64,000 bases of DNA from Paraspadella gotoi (Eukaryota > Animalia > Chaetognatha), in the NCBI GenBank assembly GCA_051294375.1, contig JBJCIZ010000744.1, positions 624,264 through 688,263 of the forward strand. Direction: 5' to 3'. The notes under the pieces were generated by a model that made no database searches, had not been told where the DNA came from, and saw nothing but the letters and a program-made list of their open reading frames with translations. Positions 23,261-35,800 of the stretch are shown here, piece after piece (positions within the stretch are counted from its first letter, which is position 1; every line of letters starts with the position of its first letter). The position numbers and the translations under genes are program-made.

Positions 23261-26200
23261 TTAGGGCGAAGAAAGGGCACTTCCGGTCGGGCTCGTCGGC
23301 GTCATGGGAGGAGCGTGGGCGCCTCCGTCGCCGTGGGGCGATCCCCATCCTCCGGGTCCGCCGCCGCCGCCGCTGCCACCGAGTCCCTCGTATTCTGTCT
23401 TGACGCCGGAAGTCCCCGAAGCCGATCCGCCGGCGCCGTAGGGAGAACCGCCGGATGCGGAGGGCGCCCCGCGACCTGGGCGTCAGATTGGAAGAGTTTA
23501 GTTATATAAAAAACAAAAAAATAATCAAGGTTTACTTCCACAATTACCTGCTCCGTAGCCCATGTCTCCGCCGTAACCGTAACCGCCCGATGGACCCTGC
23601 GCTGCCGCTAAGCCGGCTGCGGCGGCCGCCGCCGCGCCCATCATCTCAGCAGATGAAGCGATGCCCGCTGAAAAAAGAAAGGAAAAACCAACCTCATATA
23701 TAAACCTCTGTCAAGTAACAGTTTAACATTACTCAATGATGCATTCATCCAATTGTATACTAAAAAAAAATCCCTTAATCGAAATTTACAAATTAGCGCA
23801 TGATTGTAGCGGCTCAACTATTATACAGACTGGAAATCAAAGCTTCACGTATCCTTCCCTATCACTATCCTATCCCTATCCTCTCCCCTATCACTATCCT
23901 CTCCCTATCCTATCCCTATCCTCTCCCCCCCCTCCGAACCTCGGGTCATCGACTTCTTGTAACGAATGCGTTTGTTGCCGAACCAGTTGTTGACTTGAGC
24001 GACGGTGATGCCGCACTGACGCGCCAATTCCTCCTTCGTTTCCTCGCTCGGGTAAGGGTTGGCCAGGTGGGTGTTGAAGTACTCGTTCAAGATCTCCGTC
24101 GCTTTTTTGCTAAAGTTGCGGCGCTTGCGTCTGGGGGGGATTCGAATATAATATAATATAATTCGAATTTAATTTAATTCAAAAGAATAAAAAAAACCTG
24201 GCGTCGAGGAATCTGGATCTGAGGATCATGACCGCCTCGCACGTGGACTGCTTCAATTGGAGTTGGATCCCGTTGAATTTCTTAGAAATGATGGAGACCA
24301 TGCGATCCATCTCCTGCGTCGAAATATTAAAGAGTTTTTAACTCGACTTTGATTTAAATAAACGAGAGAAGAAGTTCAAGAGTTTCCTCCTCGTTAACGC
24401 TGACTACCTTTGTGGAAATGGGACGAATGTGCGATTGCTCCCTTAAAAGATTCATGACGTGGGTGGTGAACTCGTTGCTGGCGTTTTCGTACTTTTCCAA
24501 TTCGGTGTGGTAGGTCTGACGAATTTGCGCCAGTTTCGCCCTGGAGGGTTTTAAAGAAAAGAAGTCAAACCAATTCCGAAGCTGAAAAGAGAAAGGAATG
24601 ACAAACCTGTAGTCCGAGTGGTCGATCGTATTCTCGGCGTTGGATCCGCCGGGGCTCACGGCGGAGGCGGTTATGGCGCTGGCGGCGGCGCCACCGGCAC
24701 CGCCGCCGCCCTTCTCGGGACCCGCGACGCCCTCGGCCAGCAACATATTGTCGAGGCGCATGAGTTGGGGATCGGGTGGATCGTCGTCTTGACCATTGCG
24801 GATCGAAAGGACAATTCGCTCCTTGATTTCGCAGAGGACCTGGGAAAAGAGGTTTCCAGCTCGTTGAAGATATGAATGAAAGACATTGTGATTTAATGTC
24901 ATGTTGTTTAATGCATTTTTATAAATTGGAAATATGTAAAGGACTTATAAACGGACGGTTCTTCGACAGGGATAGAAAATCTCTCTTTTTTAAAAGGGTA
25001 AAATTTCTTTTTACGAGTCGATCGAAAACAAATCATTTAGTGATTTACATAGGTTTTTAAATTTTTTTGAAAAAAAAAAAGAAGAAATGAGTTGAGAATG
25101 ATATTTTTATTCCGAAAAACGTAAGCGCCCTCCTCTCTCTTTTGCACGAGCGAGTGAGGGGGGCCATGGGCGACCGAAACAGGGACAAGGCTGAGGTGGA
25201 ATGGCAGCGAATCTTGCACAACAAAAAGGAAGAATTCGATAAGAAATTCGCCCACAACACCAAGGTCCTCTCTTCACTGCAGGACTGGGAGAGGATTAGG
25301 ACTTTGGGAACAGGTTTTTAGAAAAAATGCTCCTTTATATTTGGTTCACGAGTTGACTGCGCCTAGTGGTTGAATTAAGTTTTAAAGGACGAAAAAAAAG
25401 TTATAAAAAACAACGGATAAAATCATAAGGGGCCTTCTTCAACTATATAGAAAGTTCAGAGTATAAATTAGGTTTGTAAGGACCATGAATTTATAATCCT
25501 AGGTGCATTTGGTCGCGTCGTTTTGGTCAAGAACAAGAAGACGAGCGAGTACGCCGCCATGAAAATAATGGAAAAGGTAGCGAAGTGAAAAAAGTGTGGC
25601 GATGGTTCCCCGAGGTCGGGCGAAAACTAGGAGACACGCAGACTCGGCCTCACATTCGTTTCGATTCTGTCTTAAAGTTTCTTCGACAAATAAAACAATC
25701 TTTTCTTTGGTTTCCTTTATTCTTCTACATTCGTGCTTCTTCCATGCTTCAAGCCCGACAACGTCTTCTTTCCTTTCCCCCCTTCTTTCCAACTACACTT
25801 TCTCTCTCCCCCCCCCCAAAAAAAAAAAATTAAAAAGCGCAGGAGCAAGTGGTTCGGCTTCAACAAGTGGACCACACTTTGAACGAGAAGAGGATCTTAA
25901 ATGCGATCAACTTTCCGTTTCTCGTGACGATGGTGGCGCATTTCAAGGACAACTCCAACTTGTACATGGTTCTAGAGTTCGTGACGGGGGGCGAGATGTT
26001 CGCCTATTTGCGGAAAGTGGAGTTCGTCTCCGAGGAAGAGGCGCGGTTTCACGCGGCGCAGGTACAGATGGTATGATTTGAAATTAAAAATACTAGGGTA
26101 ATACTGGTAATAGCTATATATGAATAGGGACCCGAAGAACAAGAAAAAAGAATAAAATTTAAAAAAAAAAAAAATTGGTCCTATTCACAATTTTCCCCGA

Positions 26201-28559
26201 ATAACAAATACTCCCGCTAAACTTGGGCGGGATAAACTTGAAAGGGAGAAATAAAATTTAAACTTCAAACGGAATCTGATTAAAACGTTACCAGGCCCCT
26301 ATTTTTTTTTCGCGAAAGGCAAACATGGAGGAAGGCATACGCAAACATTAACAAGCGGGAATGGGTTAGGCGACTGAAGGGGGATGAATGAATCAGCGAT
26401 AAAAAAGGAAAGAACGGAGGGAAATGCCGACAGGGGGAGAACGAAAGGAAATGAGTGGGGGGGAAAAAAAAGGAAAAAAGTCCTCCACGTTTTTCCCCCT
26501 ATAAAAAAAAAAGCTGATTCAGTAAAAGGATGAACATTTTTTGTTTTTTTGTGTCCGGTTTAACATTTTGGGTTTTTCCTCTTCCGAACTCTGGCACCGT
26601 CCGCCCTACTTCACCCTGCTCGACCCTAGGAGATAATAACGCCCACCGACCTCGTCGATAAGAACACCATCCATCAGACTCTCCCAACTCCCTACCCCCA
26701 CGCATCCCTAACTCGAGGCGAGCTTTGACAAAAATTCTCCAACGACAGGTGGTGCTGGCGCTGGAATATTTGCAAAAGGTCGACGTGGCCTACAGAGATC
26801 TCAAGCCTGAAAACATGCTCATCGCTGCCAACGGATACATCAAGCTGACGGATTTCGGGTTCGCCAAACGCGTCAAGGGGCGCATGTGGACTCTGTGCGG
26901 GACCCCGGAGTATATCGCCCCAGAGATCGTGCTCAGCAAGGGATACAACAAGTCCGTCGACTGGTGGGCGACGGGAGTTCTCATTTACGAGATGGTCGCC
27001 GGGTGAGTCGGTCGGAAGACGACGAAGGAATTGAAATCGATTCCAAGGGATAAAGTCAGGCCTCTATCCCAGAACGGTCCATCATCCCTGCCCCCCCCCT
27101 CCACACCCCTCCCCCAGTTATCCTCCTTTCTTCTCCGACTCGACCATCAAGATCTACGAGAAGATCGTCACGGGCGACCTCAAATTCCCATCCCACTTTT
27201 CCCACCAACTCAAGGAACTCGTCCGCGGCCTGCTCCAAGTCGAACTCTCGCGTCGCCTGGGCAATCTTCGCGGGGGCGCCGTCGACGTCCGCAACCACGC
27301 TTGGTTCGCCTCGGTCGACTGGCTGGGGATGTACAACCAAAAGTTACAGGCGATGTACACGCCCAAAACTAAGGGACCCGGCGACACCTCAAATTTTGAC
27401 GAGTACGTGGAGGAGCCGATTCCTTATTCAACCGTCGACAAATACGAGAAGGAATTCGAAAATTTTTAAAGGAGGAATATGACAGTTGTTTGAAGAAAAA
27501 AAAAAGAAATATATAATTACATTTTTTCACTTTTTGTCACTTTGGTGGCTAGGTATCATTCAAATTAAAAGAAACAAGAACGGTAATTCAAATGTGAGTT
27601 TTTTTTCATGTGTATTTATAACATGCATTGCATCCGAATCATGTCTTTTATTCTTTAAAGTTTTAGGATTTCCTGAAGGCGACGCTAGCAGTCACTTAGA
27701 TTTGAGTTTTTTTCCTGTCTTAACAAATGAGCAATCAACTATAAGCGAATTATAATTTATATGCATTTTTAACATAAGTGGGATAGACCGACGGAGAGAC
27801 ATACCGACCGACCGAAAAGTGACTTATAGAGTTGCTCCGCGCCGCAACTAAAAAGCAGAAACTGAAAAAGACATTCGTTTTTTTCCCCCCGTTTGTTTTC
27901 ACCTGAAAAAGCGCGGGTCTCATGCGGTGGCAGTTGAGCGTGTGTTTCCTGGCCTGGGCTTCGTCCAGACTCTGATCCGTAGTGGTCATGATCTGTTGAA
28001 GGATGTCGTCGATGGAGGTGCGGCGCCCGTCGGGGCCAACATTGGCACCGCCGCCGCCGCCGCCGCTGCCGCCCCCGTTTCCTGCGCTGCCGCCATCGAT
28101 CTCCCCGTTCTCCGGCGTGATATGGCCGCGGCCTTAGGAGAACAGAAAGAGAGAAATCACTAAATATGTCACAAAAAGAGAGAAAAATCACTAAATTTGT
28201 CACAAAAAGAGAGAAAAATCACTAAATTTGTCACAAAAAGAGAGAAAAATCACTAAATTTGTCACAAAAAGAGAGAAAAATCACTAAATTTGTCACAAAA
28301 AGAGAGAAAAATCACTAAATTTGTCACAAAAAGAAATAAAACCAAATCACAAAAAGTAAAACGGACGACAAACGATTTGTGCGAAAGATTTTTTAAATTA
28401 AATTAACGATAACGAGAAGAAAAAAAAAAGTGGGGGAAAATAAGACCCCAAAAAAAGGTGGGTGAGAGGACCTGCGGCGGCGGCTGCGTTGTAGGCGGCT
28501 GCTGCGTACGTTCCCAGATGATGGTAAGCCATCGGGTTGTTTATGTCTCGACCATCCAT
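23261..28559 (-). CDS. PBX: PBX/extradenticle-family TALE homeobox protein, divergent
   Basis: PBC-A ([25 protein letters not shown]|[29 protein letters not shown]), PBC-B ([20 protein letters not shown]) and homeodomain ([10 protein letters not shown]...[12 protein letters not shown]). Confidence 0.93.
23850..23926. repeat. Degenerate (CCTATC)n low-complexity repeat in a PBX intron
   Basis: Repeated cctatc and ctatcc units. Confidence 0.8.
25166..27469 (+). CDS. cAMP-dependent protein kinase catalytic subunit paralog, 5 exons, nested antisense in a PBX intron
   Basis: Exons ~25166-25313, 25503-25577, 25843-26061, 26749-27002 and 27118-27469. Motifs [57 protein letters not shown] and terminal EFENF. 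Confidence 0.93.
28146..28335. repeat. 30-bp tandem repeat, about 6 copies, abutting a PBX 3' splice site
   Basis: aaaaagagagaaaaatcactaaatttgtcac unit repeated. Confidence 0.95.
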
Positions 28560-29701
28560 CGCTCGAACGAAAAAAGGCTGCAGATTCCACACGAAAGAAC
28601 ACGAAGGTTCAGTTTTTTTTTTTGGTTTTTTTTTTTATAGTCGCCAAATCTCTCTTTTTTCCCCGGTACGAGATTGGTAAATAACGATATTAATTCCTCG
28701 AAGCAACTAAATTTAAAACGTTCAAAGAGTATATATATAAGTAATATTTTCGTTGTATAAAAGTAAAAAAAAATCAATGTACACCATTTACAAGAGCACG
28801 GTAGGTAAAATAAAACTTACGTTAGCGTAATTCAAGAAAAAAAAACACAATTCATCAATTTTGAATGGGAATGGGAAAAAAATTGGTCTAAAATGAGCTG
28901 AACAAGATAATAATATTCGAATTGTTATTGCTAAAAAGGCACCTTCGTCTGGAACTGTCTCGAATTAATCTTCAATTTCTTTTTTTTATGAAACATTTGT
29001 GTAAAAAAATAATCGGTGAAAGTAAAACGTACCATTAGACCAAACGCCAGGCAAATTTAATAATGAGTTGAAAAAAGGGAGAGGTTAGAATAACCTTTCG
29101 CTTAAAAGATCTGTAATAAATAATTTGACAATAATATGCTAAAATACGTCAATAGAAAACAAAATAAACAAGAACATAAACTAATCAAAACAAAATAACT
29201 ACATACCCATCGTTAAGTAGGAACCTTTAGATAGCTATCTGCTAAGTGTAAGTATTTTTGGGCAAAACTTTGGGGAAGGCTCGTTACTAAAAAATTAAAA
29301 CTCTTGCGTGAGATTACTTTCATAATTTGAGTGAACGACGAAAAACATTTCGCCATCAAATATAAAAAAAAAAAAAAAAAAAAACGCCAACGCTTTTTCA
29401 TTAATCTAAGTATGGAAACCACCTTTAAAAAAATCAGTTTGAAATTTTCTTAGTGAATTCTCTGCAAAGACGAGACGAGTAATGAAAAAAAAATGGACGT
29501 TTGGAGTGTGAAACACCGTACGTACATAGCAAGGACGCAAATATGACTTCGGAGTATTCGTATAAAAATATCGCTTGATCTTTATTGCTTGATATGAGGG
29601 TGTCGCTAAAAGTACGGCTTGGGCGTGCAATATTTTTTTTGTTTTACACTCGGGTGCGGGGCAAAGGGACGCTATGTAAGTTTAATTCTCGATGGAGAGA
29701 G

Positions 29702-29766
<65 letters not shown>

Positions 29767-29819
29767 TGAGAAGGAAAATGCAGTTTTGTGCACGGTTTGC
29801 GCATGGTTATCTTCCCGCG

Positions 29820-32800
29820 TCAGAGCCTCATTTCATTGTCCGAAAGACCTCCGCCGCCGCGACGCGTGGGCGGCGCCCCGCCCGATCGCCGATGCTGCCG
29901 ATTCCTACCGCGGTCCGAAGACCTCGAGGAAACGGAGGTGGCCGAGGGCGCGCGCGGAGTCAAAGCAGCCGGCGTCACGGGAGTGAGGAGAGGCGAGGGG
30001 GATTGCGGCGCCGAGAGCGCCGCCATCGACGGAGGGCCGGAGAATCCTGTCGCCGAATAAACGCTTTCGACGGAGAGCGGAGAATGGGATCCTCCGGAGC
30101 CGCGATGGGGCGCCCCGGCCGTGTGGAAGGGATTGCCGGGGCTGTGGTGGAAAGGAAGGCGATGAATGGCGGAGGGAGCTGGCCGATGGAGGCCGCCTCC
30201 GCCCGCTTGAGGAAGGAGCTGAACGTGGGAATTAAGAGGGTGCGACGCCATATTAGGTGGAGGTGGGATGCGAGGGGCGGCGCCGGTGAGCATGGGCGGT
30301 GGGCGTAAAGGGTGATCCAGAGACGGCGGGACTGATGCCGCGCCCCCAAAGGCCGGCGTCGAACGAGGCTGCCACGACGAAGGACGCATCGACTGGTTCG
30401 AAAAATTCGGAGGCTGAGGGGCGTCATCGTCCTCTTCTTCTTCGTCTTCGTCATCGTCGTCCGTATCGTCGTCGTCATCTTCCTCTTTCAGTTTGGCGAT
30501 TTCGGCGAAAACCGGCGCCAACGGTAGAAAGGACGGCGTCCAATCGAGGAGATGATCCCAGTTGTAGGCGATTCCGTTCAAAAGATCGTCCTCGCTGTAA
30601 ATCGACCCAAAAAATAATGAACGAGTCATTTAAAAAAAAAAAGGCTTTTTTTTCGTCGACTATCTTACCCGTAGCCGCCAAGGGCGGACGAACCGGCACC
30701 GGATCCGCCGTGCCGGTCTAAGTGGCTTCCGACGCTGCCGACCGCAGTGGCAGCGCCGCTGCCGATGAGCGGGACGCCACGGCCGCGCGTCGAGGTCGCC
30801 GAAGGAGTCGCGCAGCTGGAACCAAGGATCGATGCAAGGTCTTCGCCGCCGGAGCGGGGTCCGAGCCTGATATTTTATTATAATTTTACATTTTAACATT
30901 GCATGAAATTAAATAGCAAGAATCAAAAAAAAAATTAAAAACGATACCGAATAAATCTCACCCGTTGATAACGCTGCCTCGGGCGCTTTGGTCAAAATCG
31001 GGGATCTTGGCGTAGACGAGATGATCCAGGTCGGCCTGAAGGTCCAACCCTTCGCCGCCCCCCTCATCAGAAAAGGCGAACATGGATTCGACGGAGCGGG
31101 CGTGGCCCGACGCCGCCAACGCCTTCTGACGGGAGGGGCTGATCCCCAGCCTGGCCAGGTACTCTTCGGTGCTGCGGACGCCGTGGGCGCCGAGGCTCGC
31201 GGAGGAGACGTCGCTGATGCTGGCGCCGTCGCCGTCGCGTCCCGGGTGCACGCCGGAGTCGTGCATGTGCTCGCGGACGAGGCGCATGCGTTCCTCGCGG
31301 CTGCGCGTCGTGTCGTGGCCTCCGCCCTCGCTCTTTTTAACGGGGAGGAAAGACATGGGGATTAATGATAAGTAATAGAAAAGAAAAGCGATCTTATATT
31401 TATAATTAATATTATCGACTAATAAAAGCTAAGAAATGTTTTCCAAAAAGCGCACCTGGCGACAGATGCGGTCGATCTCGTCGTCCTCGGCCGAACCTCG
31501 TCCCGAGGAGGTGGCGCTTCCGCGGGAGACTTCGGAGATCTCCGAAGTGGAGAGGTTGGCGCGAGGGTGGGCGAACGAGGGCAAGTCGCTAAAGCCGGGG
31601 CCTGGTTTTAAAGAGTAATTAGCTGATAATGGAAAAATGCATTTTTTTTTATTTATTACTATAAAATGAAAGCAAGCAAGGTGCTGCCATGTTATTATCT
31701 CGAGATCTTAACCCCCCATAGCATGTCCAAAGTCAGGGTCAAGATGGCTTTTTTTATATTCGTTTCACCAAATTCATATAACTTTCCTTCGCATCTCCTA
31801 AATCCAATTTTGGTTACCGAGTAAGTTGGCTCCGTAAGCGTGCACACCGAGGTAGGGAGGAGGTATTTGGTCATGGACGGCTGGGCCGGCAAAGGGGCCC
31901 ACAAATGGTGGGTGACCGCCCATCATCAATGGGTTGTTTCCACCAATAACGGCTCCGCGCCCATCGCCCGATTGACGAAGGGAGCCGTGGACAAGGGCTG
32001 CTTGACGGGCACCTGGTAACCAAAATAGACAATTAAAATAAACGAACTTTGCGAATTAAGTTAATTAAGGTTTTAAATCTAATTTAAATTTTAAGGTAGA
32101 TTTCTGGGGGGCAAGTTTTCACAGAGGAAAATGAGGTAGTTCAGATTCGCATTCCTCGATCTTTATCGAAAATTTCGGTCTCTCTCCCATCCCTTTAGAC
32201 TTTACCTTTCCGTTTCGTTCTGATTCTGAGAACGACGACGACGACGACTAAAGCGACGACGACGACGACCAACACTGCGACGACTATGATGGTCGGTCGC
32301 ATGACCGAGTCGCCGTCGCTGCCGGATCCGCCGTGGCCGGAACTCAACGGAGCGCAGCCTAATTTTTTTTTTTTTGGAAGGGGAGGGAAAGAGGAAGGGG
32401 AAATGGAATCGAAATACAAACACGATTCGAGTGAGAGTTTTTTGTGTCGAGTTATTAATTTGTGTTTTGACTCGGATGGAAACGATTCTCTTAATAAAAA
32501 GAAGGAAAAAGAAAACCGAAATACCCGGGCAAGTGTAGTCGACGGCGAGCTTGGCGATGGCGACGTCGCTCTTGGAGTTTTCCTTCCCCGACGAGGCCAT
32601 AATGAGCAACATGACGGGAGTCTCCGGGTGACCGTCGTCGCCCTCGTGGTCCGCGGCGACGGAGCGGCGGCGTCGCGCCTCGCGGTCAACGAAGGGTTTG
32701 ACGATGAATATCTCTCCGGTGGAGGCGTTGATGGCAACATTTTCCTGGTCACATGAAAGCTCCCTGATGATCCCAATTCTAATCGAAAAATCGCTCAACA

Positions 32801-35800
32801 GTCAACACTATTGCTTATTCACGATGACTCACGGGTCGCTAGTATTTTATCATGCAACTTTTTTTTTTTTTTTTTTTGAATAACAAAATCGATATTAAAA
32901 ACGTTTATTAATAACAAAAAAGTTTTGATGTGCAAATTATCGCCAAACACCGTTATAGTTTTTCACTTAATTTTGGCTTTTGTTTTCTTTGGATTTATAT
33001 TTTGGCGACGAAGAACCCTCTATTGGGGCGACCATCCGCAATACCTTTTGTTTTCGCATAACAATCTCACTCGCGCTAAATATTCACCGATTCTCTCCTC
33101 CTCCTCCTCCTCCTCGCATTCTTTTCACGGGCGACCGCGCTGGTTCGACTCAAAATGCAAATTGGATCCTTTGTCTCACGACCGCGCGCACGCGCCAAAA
33201 GACCGCGCGCCCACTGCTGCACACGTATAACAAGAGCTCAAGAGCAATGGAGCCTTTCCGAGATTCGACAACTCCCAAACCTGCTTGGTCCTGATGGTAT
33301 AAACGACGACGCCGTCCTCCCCGCCGTCGGCGTCGGTGGCGCCAACCCGTCCGACGACGGTGCCTCGCTGGGCGGTGGAGGGAAAGGCGGGGTAGCGGTA
33401 GGACTGACGCTCGAACTTGGGCTCGAATTCGTCCACTGAGAGAATGGAGATTTGGGCGCGAACGGTGGCCCAGTTGTCGCCGTCCACTGCCATGACGGTG
33501 AGGAGGTATGACGTCTCGGCTTCGTAATCGAACACCGCTGTGGTCGTCACCTCGCCTGAATTCGGAAGGGGTAGTGGAGAGGGCGAGAGAAGTTGGGAAT
33601 TTTATGGGACGGATTAAGCACTGGAAGAGAATGATCGCAGACTCCGATCTTATCTCACTGAATATGAATGAGGGGAGGAAGTTGAAAGAAGAGTGGAAAA
33701 TTAGGAAGCGCAAAGTTCAAAAAGGGGAAGAAAAAAAGAGTGGAGGGGAAAACTAGAAAATAATGTAACAGAAACGTCGCTTACGAGTTGATAAGGCTCA
33801 AAACAGAAATATAACAAAAACAAGATTTAGTCTAATACTAATAGTTTTATATTCTCTTTTTGTATTAAAAAAGAAAGGAAGAAAAACGGAGGAAAACGCG
33901 ACGCTCCGAAGATGAAATTTGCATGCGAATACGATTCGGTGATTATGGGATATCGAGTTCGATTCGCGGATTAACTCCCCCCCCCCTTCCAGGTTTTGTT
34001 GTTGTGATTCATGACTCGAGAGAACAGAATTAATTAAATCTTCACTATGAGTCACTGAGGGTTTTTTTCTTTTTCTCTCTGTCGAGAACTAATCCAGCGA
34101 AAACGCAGTGAATTTTAGGAAAGAAACTCACTCACTAATTAACTCACCCGTGTCCTTGTTGATCCTAAAGACCTCCTTCCCCGATCCCTCGGTGATGGAG
34201 TAGGTGAGTCGGCCGAAGGGCCCCGCATCTCGATCGTTAGCGTGAGCGGTGAAGACGGCCGTGCCGACGGCGGCGTTCTCCTCCACCGCCTCCAAGTACA
34301 TGAGCACCGGAAACGTGGGTTTGTTGTCGTTAACGTCGCCGATTGAAACTCGGACGGTGGTCAGAGCTGAGAGTCTGGGAATAGAAACCCGATTCTTTTT
34401 ACGATGCCATTCAATTTGAACAACCAATAAGGCATATTTTCGAATTACACTTCAAAATCCACTATTGGGTCTTTATCGAATGCTTTCGAATCATCATGAG
34501 TAAGTAAATCATTGAAAATTGAATTTTAGAAAGCATTTTTCACACAAGAAAAACAGATTTCTCAACCATAACAATCTCGTCCAACTTAAATCCTTTCCTT
34601 GATTTAATAAGCAGATCTTACTCACCTTCTCTCCGGCGGCAGCGCGTCGTCGCTCACGCGAACGATGAAGCGGTACTCGTTCTTGACGTCGGCGTCGAGG
34701 GCGCGCGCCACGGTGATGACTCCCGTGGCGGCGTTGACGGCGAACGAGTCGGCGTCGTTTCCGGAAGTAATGTCGTAACGAAGGCGCGCGTTTGCTCCCG
34801 CGTCCGCGTCCGAAGCCGATACGGTGACGACGGGCGTGCCCGGAGGCTGGTTTTCTTTGACGGACGCTTCGTAGATGGGTTTGAAGAACTGGAAGAACGA
34901 AAAATGAGAGAGAGCATAAGAGATATAATATTCTATATGAATTAAGGTCATAATATTAATATTTTTCATTTCATGATTTTTAAACCTGCGGCGAATTATC
35001 GTTGACGTCGGTGACGGTGACCACGACTTCCGCCGTCGCGTTCCTCTTGGCCGGCGCCGTCCTGTCCACTGCCAAAACCCTGAGATTGTAGGTCGCCGTC
35101 CGCTCTCGATCGAGCGCCCGAACAGTGATGATCTCGGCTTTGGTTCCAACGCCGGATATAACTCGGAACTCTCGGTCTTCGTTTCCGGCGAGGATGGCGT
35201 AGTCGAGGTTACGCCCGTCGCGAGGCCCCACCACGTGAAGGGCTTCAACCTCCGTCACGAGCGTTCCCTTCTCCGCGTCCTCGGCCACGCGAGACGCGTA
35301 GATGTGCTCGCGAAATCTCGGCGCCGCGTCGCTCGCGTCCGTCACGTGAATTTTCACGGCTGCGACGGCGGCAAGGCCGGGCGGCGGTCCGCCGTCACGC
35401 GCCGTCACCACCAGCTGCACGGTCGGGTCGGCGGGATCGTATCGGACGGTGGCGTTGGTGAAGATGACGCCCGTCGCCGCGTCCACGTAGAACCCTTTGG
35501 TCGGCGTCACGCCCAGAGAATAACTGATCTCAGCGTTAACGCCGCTGTCGGCGTCATCGGCGCGCACTTGGACGACGCGATAGCCGGCGGGGGTCTTTTC
35601 AGGAAGGGTGGCGCTGTAGGAGCGGCGTCGAAAGACGGGGGCGTTGTCGTTCTCGTCAACGACCCGAACGGTGAGCGTGGTTCGCGCTTCGTGGAGTGAG
35701 TCGGACGCCTTGACAGAGAGCACGTACTCCCGGCGCCTCTCAAAGTCAAGGGGTTTGGCCAAGACGACAGCGCCGGAAGTCTCGTCGACGGCGAAGGCGC

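Noticed and set aside
28146-28335. 30-bp and 37-bp repeat arrays as CRISPR
   Set aside because: The units are head-to-tail with no unique spacers, the context is eukaryotic, and there are no cas genes.
29820-29835. Dachsous C-terminal EMRL as the ligand of the nearby PDZ-MTHFSD
   Set aside because: Genomic proximity alone gives no evidence of binding.
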